64,000 nucleotides of DNA from Anaerolineae bacterium. Its GTDB lineage: Bacteria > Chloroflexota > Anaerolineae > Aggregatilineales > Phototrophicaceae. Below the pieces are notes generated by a model. It did no database searches. It worked only from the letters and a program-made list of their open reading frames with translations, and was not told the origin of the DNA. Each line of letters opens with the position of its first letter. Positions within the stretch are counted from its first letter, which is position 1. Below are positions 46,501 through 53,978 of this stretch, piece after piece. The stretch is from contig DAOTTQ010000060.1 of NCBI GenBank assembly GCA_034437555.1, positions 21,073 to 85,072 of the forward strand. Direction: 5' to 3'. The translations under genes were made by a program, and so were the position numbers.

Positions 46501-49500
46501 GGGGTTTCAGCACCATCAAGGTAAACTTCAACCTTGGCGGTTTGTGAGCCGTCGATTGTCCATTTGTGGGCAACAGAACCGCCACTATAGCTTTCTTGTC
46601 CTACTTCGTTGATGTACCACTTGTAGGTTGCTACACGTTGTCCCAAATTCTTAAAGGTAACGTTGAAGCTGGTCGTTTGGTTTAGCAACGCCTCAACAAC
46701 GTTTGCGTTTAGTGTACATTCAAGGGCTTTACCCCCTACACCTACTGTTTTGCTTGGGGTACAGACATCGTTACCTCTAGTAATGGTTACTGTAACGTCA
46801 GTGCTACCACTCTCTGGGAAGTAAATGCGCACGTCCCTTGCTGTGGTGCTGTTGAATGTAACACCGTTGGAGCCTGTCCACGAATAGGTAATCCCACCAC
46901 TACCGCCTGAAACATTGGCTCTGTAGTTCTTTGAGCCAAATTGGCTGGCAGAGTTATCCCCACTAATATTACAGGAAAGTGCGCTTGCACCTACTGTAAT
47001 GGTGATGGTTCTTTCGCAGAATGTGCCATCGCTGACGAACAACTTCATCGCAAGGTCAAACACACTGCCAGGTTCTGCAAAGTTGTAGCTAAATGTACTG
47101 CTCGTACCAGAGGCGATGCTTCCTCCACCTTGGCTGCTCAGAGTCCATTCCTTGCTAGTTACAGTACGACCGTTAAGGTTATTTACATTTTGGCTATCAT
47201 AGGTATTGTTACCCAAGAGAGCCGAGATATTGCCCTTAACCGCGCAAGTTACTTGATTGAGCGTCAGGCTTGCAGCACGGCTGATGGAGCAACTTTCTGT
47301 GCCATCAATGAACACCTTTAGCGCAATGCTGTAAGCACCTGCTACAGGGTAGCTGGCAGTGAAGGAACTTGCAGCACCTGTTTGAACGTCACTGGGTGTT
47401 GTAAACGTCCATTCATAGGTGGGTGTGCGTCCTTGTAGGTTACCGATGTTTACCCCGTAGCTCACACTTTGGTTAAATGAGGGGGTTGCACTAAAGCCAG
47501 TAATGCTACAAGAGATATTTCTGTATGCTACCTCGATATTGACGGCTGCGGCTTCTGCCGTACCACCGGGACCTTCAACGCGCAAGTTCACTACAAAAGT
47601 ACCTGCTTGGTTAAAGGTAATGGATGGATTTGCTTGATCAGAAGAGCCAAATTCACCAAACGTCCACGCATAGGTACGAATTGCACCTGTGGTAACCGCT
47701 TGGAAATTGACTGTTTGACCCACGTTTACGCTCGTGTTGCTTGCAGTGATACGCACTGTTGGGGGTTGAATCCCTTCAATGACCTGAAGCAAACGGCTGG
47801 ATGTAGACAAAGAACCACCTGGAATGATGATGGCAAGTTCTACGGTGTAGGTGCCGCCTGCATATTCTTGGCAGACTTCTAAGTCCATCGTGTCTAAGGT
47901 TACGCCGTTACCAAAGTTCCATGAGGCACTGTCATAATCGCCCGCTGTGGTATTGGTAAAGCATACACGGAACAAGTTATCACCGATTTTTTCGGTACGG
48001 GCATCAAATGATGCGCGTGCTGCTTCGCGTTGACCCAAAATGACCACGCTTTGGCTGGCATTTGCCCCGCCACCGGGTCCTTCTACGGTTACGCTAACAT
48101 TAAACGATTGCCCAGAGGTTCCTGTAAAGCGAACAACAAAGGGCCCAGAGGTGCTAGTGTCGCCACTCATCAGTTCGCCACCACCAAAGTTCCAGGCGTA
48201 GCTTGTGATCTCGCCACCACTGTTGTTCACACTAATGGTTGCTTCAAAAGGAGATTGTCCTTCACGAGGACTAATCGTGAGTGAAATGTTTGGACGTGCG
48301 ACTTGTTCAATCACTTGAACAGTACCTGTTGCACGGGCAGTAATCGTGCCATTTGTGGCTTCGAGTGTAATGCTGTAATCGCCAATACCACCATCAAGTA
48401 CAAAGCTGGCTGTTTCTGCCAGTGTAGAGGTGGTGCGTGTTTGGCTATAGCCACCGGGACCCGTTACACTCCAATTATAGGTAAGGGCAGTGCCAGCGGG
48501 GTTGGTGCTGGTGACGTTGGTTAGCACCAAAGTGAAACCATTTTCACCCGAACCGCGATTGGCATTAAAGCCCGCTACGATGATGAGTGAGGTCGCTTCG
48601 CTGGCTGTAACATTGACAGAACCAGTTAGAACGTAGTCTGCACCATTAGCACCACCGCTACCGAGTACGCCATCAGCGACCGCGCAGGTAAGGGTGTAAT
48701 CGTAATTGCCTTCGCCTGTGTAGGTGAATTCGGCATTTTGACCGCTAACGACGTTGCCACCGCCAAAGTCCCATGAGTAGCTTTCGATGTTGTCGCCAGT
48801 TGCGCTAAAGGACACCGTGAAGCTATTCCCACTTTGGGTATAAGAGGGAGCGTTGATAGCGCAAGAGGAGCCAGGGGCTGCCACGACAACACCAACGTCA
48901 ATAGGGGTTGTAGCCGTTGGGTTTTCACCTTCGCTAAAAAGCACTGTCAGGCTGATGGTATAAATACCGGCGCTGGCATAGGTGTGTGTGGGGTTTTGTT
49001 CGGTGCTGGTTGTGCCATCACCAAATGACCAACTGTAGCCTGTAATGCCTTCACCCGTACCAGAACCGCTAAAGCTCACGGTTAAGCCGTTGATAGAAGC
49101 ATCAATGCTGGCAGTTCTCGCTTCAGCAATAAGTTCGAGTTCAGCTTGAACCACGGGTTCAGCTACAGGTTCACTGACACTGAATGTGTTAGAAGCCATG
49201 GGGCGTGCGCCATTGCTAAAAATGACCGTGAGGCTAACAGAGTAATCGCCCGCACTGCCATAAGTGTGGGTGGGGTTTTGTTCGGTGCTGGTTGCGCCAT
49301 CACCAAATGACCACTCATAACCTGTAATGTCACCACCTGCGCCAGAACCGCTAAAGCTCACGGTTAAGCCGTCAGTGTTACCGTTGAGGGTAGCAACTTT
49401 GTTGGGGCAACCAAATTGGTCTACACCCGTACCAAAGGCATCGCCTAAAGAGGGGCAGAGGTCACTATAAACGCCGTCACCGTCATCATCAGGGGGACAG

Positions 49501-49988
49501 CCCGGTTGTTCAGCAGAGTTACCTGCAATGCTAGGACACAAATCTTGGTCGTTAAGAACGCCATCGCCGTCATCGTCGGGCCCGCTTGGTGGGGGAGGAA
49601 GTTCGCCACCATCAACGGGAGGGGCTTCACCACCATCAGGTGGGGGAGGAAGTTCGCCACCATCAGGTGGGGGAGGAAGTTCACCACCATCAACGGGAGG
49701 GGGTGTCACTTCACCGCCATCAGGGGGGGGAGGAAGTTCGCCACCATCAGGGGGAGTTTCACCACCGTCAACGGGAGGCTTGTCTGCGTCAGGGGCTGGT
49801 GTTTCTTCGCCACCATCGCGGAAAACAGCTGTCGCAACTTCAGATGCCTGCGTTGCTTCAGGAGTAATTGCGCTGGCGACTTGTCGTCCATCTTCTCCAC
49901 CTTGATTGTTGGAGACAATGAACAACGCACCGAGCAACACCACAAAGGCGACTGCGCCTACTATGATATATTGCGTGCTACGCTTCAT
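40572..49988 (-). CDS. Giant (3138 aa) N-terminally anchored surface protein: Pro-rich stalk, TSP3-like Ca-binding repeats, 16 PKD-like modules, 10 Cys-bracketed CARDB/DUF11-like modules, an unassigned domain, and a TolB-like PD40 beta-propeller
   Basis: TM anchor YIIVGAVAFVVLLGALFIV, then the DGGELPPPP repeats, then DDDGDGVLNDQDLCP and DDDGDGVYSDLCP. A PKD consensus example is WSFGDGTTSTEQNPTHTYASAGIYTISLTV. PD40 blades include FASNRDGNWEIYV, YESNVDGNWEIRLLDL and FQSDREDGLWQIYEL. Confidence 0.9.
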   Translation of the reverse strand: MKRSTQYIIVGAVAFVVLLGALFIVSNNQGGEDGRQVASAITPEATQASEVATAVFRDGGEETPAPDADKPPVDGGETPPDGGELPPPPDGGEVTPPPVDGGELPPPPDGGELPPPPDGGEAPPVDGGELPPPPSGPDDDGDGVLNDQDLCPSIAGNSAEQPGCPPDDDGDGVYSDLCPSLGDAFGTGVDQFGCPNKVATLNGNTDGLTVSFSGSGAGGDITGYEWSFGDGATSTEQNPTHTYGSAGDYSVSLTVIFSNGARPMASNTFSVSEPVAEPVVQAELELIAEARTASIDASINGLTVSFSGSGTGEGITGYSWSFGDGTTSTEQNPTHTYASAGIYTISLTVLFSEGENPTATTPIDVGVVVAAPGSSCAINAPSYTQSGNSFTVSFSATGDNIESYSWDFGGGNVVSGQNAEFTYTGEGNYDYTLTCAVADGVLGSGGANGADYVLTGSVNVTASEATSLIIVAGFNANRGSGENGFTLVLTNVTSTNPAGTALTYNWSVTGPGGYSQTRTTSTLAETASFVLDGGIGDYSITLEATNGTITARATGTVQVIEQVARPNISLTISPREGQSPFEATISVNNSGGEITSYAWNFGGGELMSGDTSTSGPFVVRFTGTSGQSFNVSVTVEGPGGGANASQSVVILGQREAARASFDARTEKIGDNLFRVCFTNTTAGDYDSASWNFGNGVTLDTMDLEVCQEYAGGTYTVELAIIIPGGSLSTSSRLLQVIEGIQPPTVRITASNTSVNVGQTVNFQAVTTGAIRTYAWTFGEFGSSDQANPSITFNQAGTFVVNLRVEGPGGTAEAAAVNIEVAYRNISCSITGFSATPSFNQSVSYGVNIGNLQGRTPTYEWTFTTPSDVQTGAASSFTASYPVAGAYSIALKVFIDGTESCSISRAASLTLNQVTCAVKGNISALLGNNTYDSQNVNNLNGRTVTSKEWTLSSQGGGSIASGTSSTFSYNFAEPGSVFDLAMKLFVSDGTFCERTITITVGASALSCNISGDNSASQFGSKNYRANVSGGSGGITYSWTGSNGVTFNSTTARDVRIYFPESGSTDVTVTITRGNDVCTPSKTVGVGGKALECTLNANVVEALLNQTTSFNVTFKNLGQRVATYKWYINEVGQESYSGGSVAHKWTIDGSQTAKVEVYLDGAETPACVLTKTVNVSVTEVVCSLSGNSSFAPFTSGFANVNVTAYELAGFTFNWTVNGESVQNSTASRFDFPADVMSQPNTTFSLGYEVKIGEQVYCAETKIISIGADNFSCTIVAPDAIYNGENASFRVNVGNANGRQMNYTWYLNGEQVGEDNANFSTIYNGENNSIDLRLVGVTVDGSGTCEVSANVRVEAAQSISATANPNSGLVGLVSVFDAITVNINRSTLKWFYPDGSSEVAEQGRYVFTEPGTYTIRVTGVGPLRTQEASVVVVVYGETSLIASFVADPWEAVAPRTICFTDKSTVTGNPITSWEWTFEGGEPATSNEQNPCIFFPTVGEKQVTLGVANDVLNGRATNKVTLFALVDDSAYFNVDIRGNGEVCFTGVVSSGVNIAGWNFGDGSTGEGQTEICHTYADGTYNVQMLISRDGTNGIVPRNIRVDSSLSTAEPILNRGLVCDANGTATFTVANVGGPMTVNGTVSAVSDGAPVTIADNTFTLGTGQSKSFTASGLEGKSITFSTDANGGNLTASVECEDPKPIVRAVGICANGGASFTLTNSGGDMLEDMFVTIKIGDNVVATETIRLAANGETTVNASGFGIFSLSTTGGGIPSVTASTTSCTPALTLTSICWQTPNEHQFHVSNGNNFDVPFTWDVFGTTTNGSGTATANSDTFFTITGTYGGANTTRLFVGGTLVQTKAVNENLCEGVEPRLTAAGVCDANGSVTFVITNVSKFPMTESKSYTVTNSTGTLVNSSVTLAGEGELELTYDNQKGETLVLTVEGIELPVSAECPPKDPALTFKSICESDGVAKLTITNSSTAGDMLDSDSIFITNEEGEELTANEGNDYQLKAGESKTFTVSNQYNQTVYFYKSDETLVAEVTCAPQDYELVSEYQCIEGQTTFTVTNNGAGDMLSEAYVTFTANGTDVTPADNAFQLAAGENKSFQANTVTFNQVVSVSVTGGDEFVNVTDLDKSINCDPERYELQAKYICEAGTATLTVTNNGAGDMLSSATVSVTKDGEPVTLDDNSFQLNSDESKSFSVPNAWNATYAFSVTGGDSEIYDVTLLDGSVDCEPQPYTLAIESLCEAGELSFLVTNQGEGDMLTPHNYSITTDAGEVDLGSFILSAGEKREFVVSGVFNTEANFNSTLDEGTEGEPNITLNQQASLTDSVTCLPQPYELVVVELCESGVASFVVTNNGDGDMLLPHNVVIVDSNTFEVLFSGGSFQLNAGESSESFSISDQWNKTVVFQSEMQSGEDSTLPLNQIYSLERPVECTPQPYLLTVTGICESDGVAKFTVTNTGPGEMLQPDTFSISTSKNVNLTPVFNEFFLASGESVEISVSSAYDSIVTFEAQSEGIVDGGSYTESRLTTDVECAPPPAGLCYPNRVIATSQGLTNLGNPVAPIRSNPAAALGTPDGDALGTFYALGLGGSIELGFDGVLYDEPGADFQIFETTWLVNGQLPTPSNYPERIEVFVAYKGGAYISVGTAFLDSSFDIAVSGLSYIDRIKIVDITDAGFFGEAEVDGYDVDAVHALTCGELPPPPVCTDPTCYDEPPVTPEQTPTPEPTEPPTVGICGETLVMGSGKNITFPMINLSNGFCAPQTERPVVDWRPVVTGEGICVDWLAYHTNITGDWEIFRLGEFPEGFGYNVDADVNMSKGYGERISDIGPARSPDAKFLAFASNRDGNWEIYVSPVDGTLEDQQRVTYNDSAIDLDPVWSPDGTKLAYESNVDGNWEIRLLDLLTGEKYRLTDNPANDINPFWGDNGTKLLFQSDREDGLWQIYELDVTDFNNTVVTRLTSTVAGVDYHDAQYSNDNTRIVFRGESLDANGALQSIIYIMDLATQEITQVSVEGADARNFSWSPDDTLIAYQSDADGDTPDIYVYEVATGTTRLLTENTEEYAGNINTAPTWICESTTVVFASDVIGNNEIFSVSALPIDGAPIKVDQEASQLTNDEANDRDPQNAPAEENASRNGLVPPKSQ
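40659..41681 (-). other. TolB-like PD40 beta-propeller region of the giant protein (about aa 2770-3110)
   Basis: At least six (F/Y)xS(N/D)xDGxxEI(Y/F)-type blades were read in the translation. Confidence 0.7.
42399..45155 (-). repeat. Ten tandem ~92-aa Cys-bracketed protein modules (aa ~1612-2530)
   Basis: Each module starts with C(E/D/A)xxG.(A/T).(F/L)T(V/I/L)TN.G.GDML and ends with ..(V/I/S).C.P(Q/K/E)(P/D)Y/A. Module 3 is divergent. Confidence 0.8.
45156..49391 (-). repeat. Array of 16 PKD-like Ig-fold modules (aa ~200-1611)
   Basis: Counted by the recurring (Y/W)xW(S/T/N)(F/V)G.G cores: YEWSFGDG, YSWSFGDG, YSWDFGGG, YNWSVTGPG, YAWNFGGG, ASWNFGNG, YAWTFGEFG, and so on. Confidence 0.75.
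49588..49769 (-). repeat. In-frame tandem nucleotide repeat (27-nt unit with 21-30-nt variants) encoding (V)DGGE(L/V/A/T)PPP(P)
   Basis: Plus strand reads ggtgggggaggaagttcgccaccatc, reiterated four times near-identically, with interspersed aacgggagg... variants. Confidence 0.85.
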
Positions 49989-50080
49989 TTTTTATACCTT
50001 TCATTCATAAATACACTTTTTCCTGCTTCACACGGCATGGGCTTTGAAATGAGCCACTGATGCTGTGTGACAGGCATTAA

Positions 50081-50107
50081 ACGCCGTAACGAATTTCGCC
50101 ACGGCGT
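50081..50107 (-). terminator. Hairpin after the 217-aa membrane protein gene (ACGCCGT/ACGGCGT, 13-nt loop), weak U-tract
   Basis: Read directly. It separates that gene from the giant gene's promoter region. Confidence 0.4.
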
Positions 50108-50121
50108 ATAGCCACAAAGTT

Positions 50122-50775
50122 TTAGCTGCCGCTGGTTTCGGCAGAGTCGGGGGTGAGAGCCGTATCTGGCTCCACACATTCAGAGAACCATGTTTGCGTG
50201 TTGGGAAGTGGGCTATCTAGGCGTTTCCAAACGTCTTCAGCAACCGTATCAAAACCCATCGCCTTTTCAGACTCGCTAGGCACTTGTAGATAGAGGTATT
50301 GCAGAGTTCCTGTATAGAAGTCGTTTTCAAGAGCAAAGCACACAGAAACAGGGGAATCATTTTCGCCACGCTTCTCTAGCAATTGGTCATAGATGAATTG
50401 CAGTGTCACGAATAAATCGCTTTCTTGGTCTGCGAATTGTTCGGAGAGAGTAGCTTCATCCATAATTTCGCTGGTGATGCTTTCGAGGGCTTCTTTTTGC
50501 TCGTCGGTCAGTTCCAACTCAAGCGTTTCCTCAATCCATTTCACTGTTTCTTCAAAGCCAACCAAGTAAAAGTCACTGGTGGCAGCGGCTTCGTTTACAG
50601 TGCGAAAGACGGGAGTAGGGGCAGCCGCTACTTGATTTTGTAGCTCGCTAATTTGTGATTGAAGGCTGGTGATTTCTGCGGATTGGTCGGGACGAGTGCC
50701 AATAATGGCGAATGCGCCAATGAGCGCACCAACTACAATCCCACCGATGAGTAAAAGCAAGTCTTTGGTTTTCAT
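50122..50775 (-). CDS. Single-pass membrane protein with a coiled-coil segment and an acidic ectodomain, function unknown
   Basis: The likely start is ATG 50775 (MKTKDLLLLIGGIVVGALIGAFAIIG). A coiled-coil follows (SAEITSLQSQISELQNQV). Confidence 0.6.
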   Translation of the reverse strand: MKTKDLLLLIGGIVVGALIGAFAIIGTRPDQSAEITSLQSQISELQNQVAAAPTPVFRTVNEAAATSDFYLVGFEETVKWIEETLELELTDEQKEALESITSEIMDEATLSEQFADQESDLFVTLQFIYDQLLEKRGENDSPVSVCFALENDFYTGTLQYLYLQVPSESEKAMGFDTVAEDVWKRLDSPLPNTQTWFSECVEPDTALTPDSAETSGS

Positions 50776-51044
50776 TGGGGTGCAACCTTTCTCTTTTATC
50801 CAAGTCCGCCACAACGTCTGACGGGTTTGCTTATGCGATTTAATACCAGTATAGAGGGCTTTTTTCTATCTTCAATCAGTGTGTAGATTACTTTTAGAAC
50901 TTTTTACAGTCTACTTTTCATTACAAAGTATAATGTTTAGAAGCAACAATAGGTCATAAAAACTTGAAAAAATTCTGTAAACCTAGAAAAAGTGTTCACT
51001 ATCGGCTACTATTTAACAGGAAATTTAGGGAGATGGGTATAAAA

Positions 51045-51950
51045 ATGCGTTTTTGGGCAGTAATTCTCGTCATTTTAGGCGTAATGGGAGCATCTTTATT
51101 TGCACAAACAGACCTTGCGGCAACGCTAGAAGTGCTAGAAGGGGACGTTAGTGTACAGCGTGTAAACACAAGCACCTTTATTCCTATTACTATAGAAGCC
51201 ATTGTCGGGGTGGGGGATGTTATTCAAACAGGCAATAGTGGGCGTGCGCGAATTACTTTTTTTGCAGATGGCACAGATACAGAACTATTGCCAAATACCA
51301 CGTATCGCATTGAAGCATTCAGTGGCAACGCAACCACATTTCAGCTCAGTGTTGAAGTGATTTTGGGGCAAACATCTCAACGTCTTGGGCGTGTTTTGGA
51401 TGCAAACTCTTCTTATAACGTCAATACGCAGGGCATGACGATGGCAGCACGTGGCACAGTGTTCTCTGTGCGTGTAGAAGAAAGCGGACGTGCGGGCATG
51501 TTGGTGCAAGAGGGTGTTGTAGAAGCCGACAAAGATGATGACCTCGCGCAAGTGCCTCCACAATTTGGGGTACGTGCAGAAGCTGAAGGCGCGTTGAGTG
51601 ATGTGGTACGAGCGACAACGTTTGATGAATTAGATGCTGCGCTAGACGGTTGTAGTGTAACCGTTACGACCTCTGATGATGTTAGTATCAATGTCCGTGT
51701 TAGCCCTAATACCACCGCAGAACAATTGGGTATTGTAGAGGCGTTTGAAATTAGCACACTCTTCGGTAAAAGCGAAACAGGGAACTGGTATCGTATCACC
51801 TTTGAGGACAGCTACGGCTGGATTTTATCTTCTACAACAACTTTTGATGACACCTGTGCGGGCTTACGTATTTTCCCTAGTGATTATATTGAAGGGCAAG
51901 ACCTTACACCCAGTATTGAACCCGAAGCAACCCCCGATACAGGGTCTTAA
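51045..51950 (+). CDS. Secreted/anchored FecR-domain protein with a C-terminal SH3b-like domain
   Basis: Start ATG 51045 after AGGGAG, with signal MRFWAVILVILGVMGASLFA. FecR-like region LEGDVSVQRVNTSTFIPI...VGVGDVIQTGNSGRARITFFADGT...LPNTTYRI. SH3b-like region GNWYRITFEDSYGWILSS. Confidence 0.65.
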   Translation: MRFWAVILVILGVMGASLFAQTDLAATLEVLEGDVSVQRVNTSTFIPITIEAIVGVGDVIQTGNSGRARITFFADGTDTELLPNTTYRIEAFSGNATTFQLSVEVILGQTSQRLGRVLDANSSYNVNTQGMTMAARGTVFSVRVEESGRAGMLVQEGVVEADKDDDLAQVPPQFGVRAEAEGALSDVVRATTFDELDAALDGCSVTVTTSDDVSINVRVSPNTTAEQLGIVEAFEISTLFGKSETGNWYRITFEDSYGWILSSTTTFDDTCAGLRIFPSDYIEGQDLTPSIEPEATPDTGS

Positions 51951-51953
51951 AAC

Positions 51954-53978
51954 GTGGCGCGGTTATGGGCTTCGCTACTCATTGGCATTGTGCTTGCTTT
52001 AGGGGTGCTAGGGCTGTGGGGAGCGCGTGCTTTCTCACAGCTCGATTTGCGCCTAAGTGACCTTTACTTCGTTCCCTCTTCGGTAAGGGGGGATGTGGTG
52101 ATTGTTGCATTAGACGACCCTAGTTTTGCTCGGTTTGGGCGTTCTCCTGCGGAATGGTCTCGGACGGTATACGCTGACCTTGTGCGCACTCTGAGCGATA
52201 GTGGGGCGCGTGTGGTGGCGTTTGATTTGCTCTTTAGTGAACCTAGCCCCGATGACGAAGCCTTCGCCGAAGCCTTACGTGAAGCCCGACAAAGCGAAAG
52301 TAGAACACGAATTGTCATGGCAAGTGCAGGTATCCAAGCCCCCACTCGCCCACAAAATACCCCATTTTTGAACGGAATCAGCTATCAATCTTCACTGGTT
52401 CCCGTAGAAGTCATTGCAAATGTCGCCGATTATCAGGGGTTAGTGAATGCGTTCCCTGATATTGATAGCCGAGTGCGTCGTCAAATTTCGGTGGGGCAAG
52501 TGGGGGATGACGTGGTGCTGTCGTTTAGCCTTGCCACCTATTTAGCTTATTTGCGTGTGCCTGCTATGGCAATGGAGCAAGTAGTTCTACCCCTTCCTAA
52601 CGCGCTACAAGTTACAAATGAGCGACAATTGCCGGTGGATGAAAATGGTCTATGGCGACAAAACTACTTTGGTGAGCCTTTAACCGCGCAAAAAACAACG
52701 TTTAGCACCTTTTCTTTGGTGGATGTGTTGGATGGCGAGGTAGATACACAAGTCTTTCAAAACAGAGTAGTTTTGGTGGGCGTTGCTAATAGTACGGGTT
52801 CAGTTGACCAATATCTTGTGCCATCCTCGCAAAGTGGGCAATTGATGGCGGGGGTAGAAATTCAAGCCAATGCCCTAGAAACGCTCTTACAAAACGTCTT
52901 TGTGTATACGTTGCCGTATCCCTTGGAAGGGCTATTGCTGGCACTATCCACACTGGGCGCAACACTAATTTATACTTACGGAAGTGTGCGCTGGAAATTG
53001 TTTGTGGTGGTGGTTGTCTCTATTGGGGGCTTAGTGCTGGCACTCGCTTTATTTAGCGTTACCCGCCAGCTTTACCCCATTTTTTACTTCTTAGTGGCTA
53101 TTACCCTACCGCTCCCCATTACCGTCGTGTGGGAGCTTAACCGCGAATTTAGATTACGGGTAGAATCCGAAGCCCAAAAGCGTGTTTTAGAAGCCACCAA
53201 CCAACGCATAGAAGAGGAGAAGCGTTATCTCGAGGTTATTCACGAGAAAGAAACCGTCGAAATTGAAACGTTACAAGCGTTAAATAAGTTAAAAACGCAC
53301 ATGATACGCATGGCATCGCATGACTTAAAGAACCCTTTGGGGCGTGTGGTGGGTTATTCAGAATTGATGCTGATGAAATCATTGCCATCCGACCAAGAAC
53401 GCTTTATCAAAAGCATCTTAAAAGCCAGCGAAGAAATGAACACACTCATCACCGACATTCTCAACTTGGAGCAGTTACGCTCGGCACAAACCACACAAGA
53501 GAACTTGTCGTTAAATAAGCTGGTCAATGAAATTGTCATTCGGCATGAACCCGAATTTGAGCAAAAAGAACAAGCATTTGAAGCAAACATTACCCCCGAA
53601 ACACTAACGGTATACGGTGACTTGTTGCAACTATCGCAAGCTATCTCTAACCTCATTGGTAACGCCTCTAAATACACCCCCAACGGGGGAAAAATCAGCG
53701 TACGTTTGGCGCGTGATGAAACACCGCACAATGCGCGATTTGAAATTAAAGATACGGGCTATGGCATCCCCGAAAGAGCGATAGAGAGTTTGTTCACAGA
53801 GTTTTACAGGGTAAAAATGGTTGAAACTTCAAGCATTGCCGGCTCTGGTTTGGGCTTAAGCCTCGTCAAAACCGTGGTTACTTCGCACGGCGGGCAAGTG
53901 TGGGTAGAAAGTAAAGAGGGAGAGGGTAGCACGTTCTTTGTTTTGTTGCCCCTTGCCCAAACAAAGGATGACTTATGA
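51954..53978 (+). CDS. CHASE2-domain sensor histidine kinase
   Basis: CHASE2 region DVVIVALDDPSFARFGRSPAEWSRTVYADLVRTLSDSGARVVAFDLLFSEPS, followed by three TM helices. H-box MASHDLKNPL; ATPase boxes LIGNASKYT, KDTGYGI and GSGLGLSL. Confidence 0.85.
   Translation: MARLWASLLIGIVLALGVLGLWGARAFSQLDLRLSDLYFVPSSVRGDVVIVALDDPSFARFGRSPAEWSRTVYADLVRTLSDSGARVVAFDLLFSEPSPDDEAFAEALREARQSESRTRIVMASAGIQAPTRPQNTPFLNGISYQSSLVPVEVIANVADYQGLVNAFPDIDSRVRRQISVGQVGDDVVLSFSLATYLAYLRVPAMAMEQVVLPLPNALQVTNERQLPVDENGLWRQNYFGEPLTAQKTTFSTFSLVDVLDGEVDTQVFQNRVVLVGVANSTGSVDQYLVPSSQSGQLMAGVEIQANALETLLQNVFVYTLPYPLEGLLLALSTLGATLIYTYGSVRWKLFVVVVVSIGGLVLALALFSVTRQLYPIFYFLVAITLPLPITVVWELNREFRLRVESEAQKRVLEATNQRIEEEKRYLEVIHEKETVEIETLQALNKLKTHMIRMASHDLKNPLGRVVGYSELMLMKSLPSDQERFIKSILKASEEMNTLITDILNLEQLRSAQTTQENLSLNKLVNEIVIRHEPEFEQKEQAFEANITPETLTVYGDLLQLSQAISNLIGNASKYTPNGGKISVRLARDETPHNARFEIKDTGYGIPERAIESLFTEFYRVKMVETSSIAGSGLGLSLVKTVVTSHGGQVWVESKEGEGSTFFVLLPLAQTKDDL

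Noticed and set aside
49588-49769. Short direct repeats that might be mistaken for a mini CRISPR array
   Set aside because: The units are contiguous with no spacers. They are in frame inside a CDS and encode a Pro-rich peptide repeat. No cas genes are present in the window.
40572-49988. A diversity-generating retroelement or other hypervariation mechanism acting on the repeated PKD or Cys-bracketed modules
   Set aside because: The window contains no reverse transcriptase gene, no template/variable repeat pair with adenine-specific differences, and no invertase.
40029-50060. Many long plus-strand ORFs in the track (for example 40029..40844, 44617..45255, 45012..45467, 49506..50060 and 49528..49905, the last with GGGSSPPS repeats)
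   Set aside because: They lie antisense to, or out of frame within, the continuous 3138-codon minus-strand gene, which has recognisable PKD, PD40 and TSP3 domains. Their low-complexity translations mirror the coding-strand repeats, and they have no RBS or independent domain signal.
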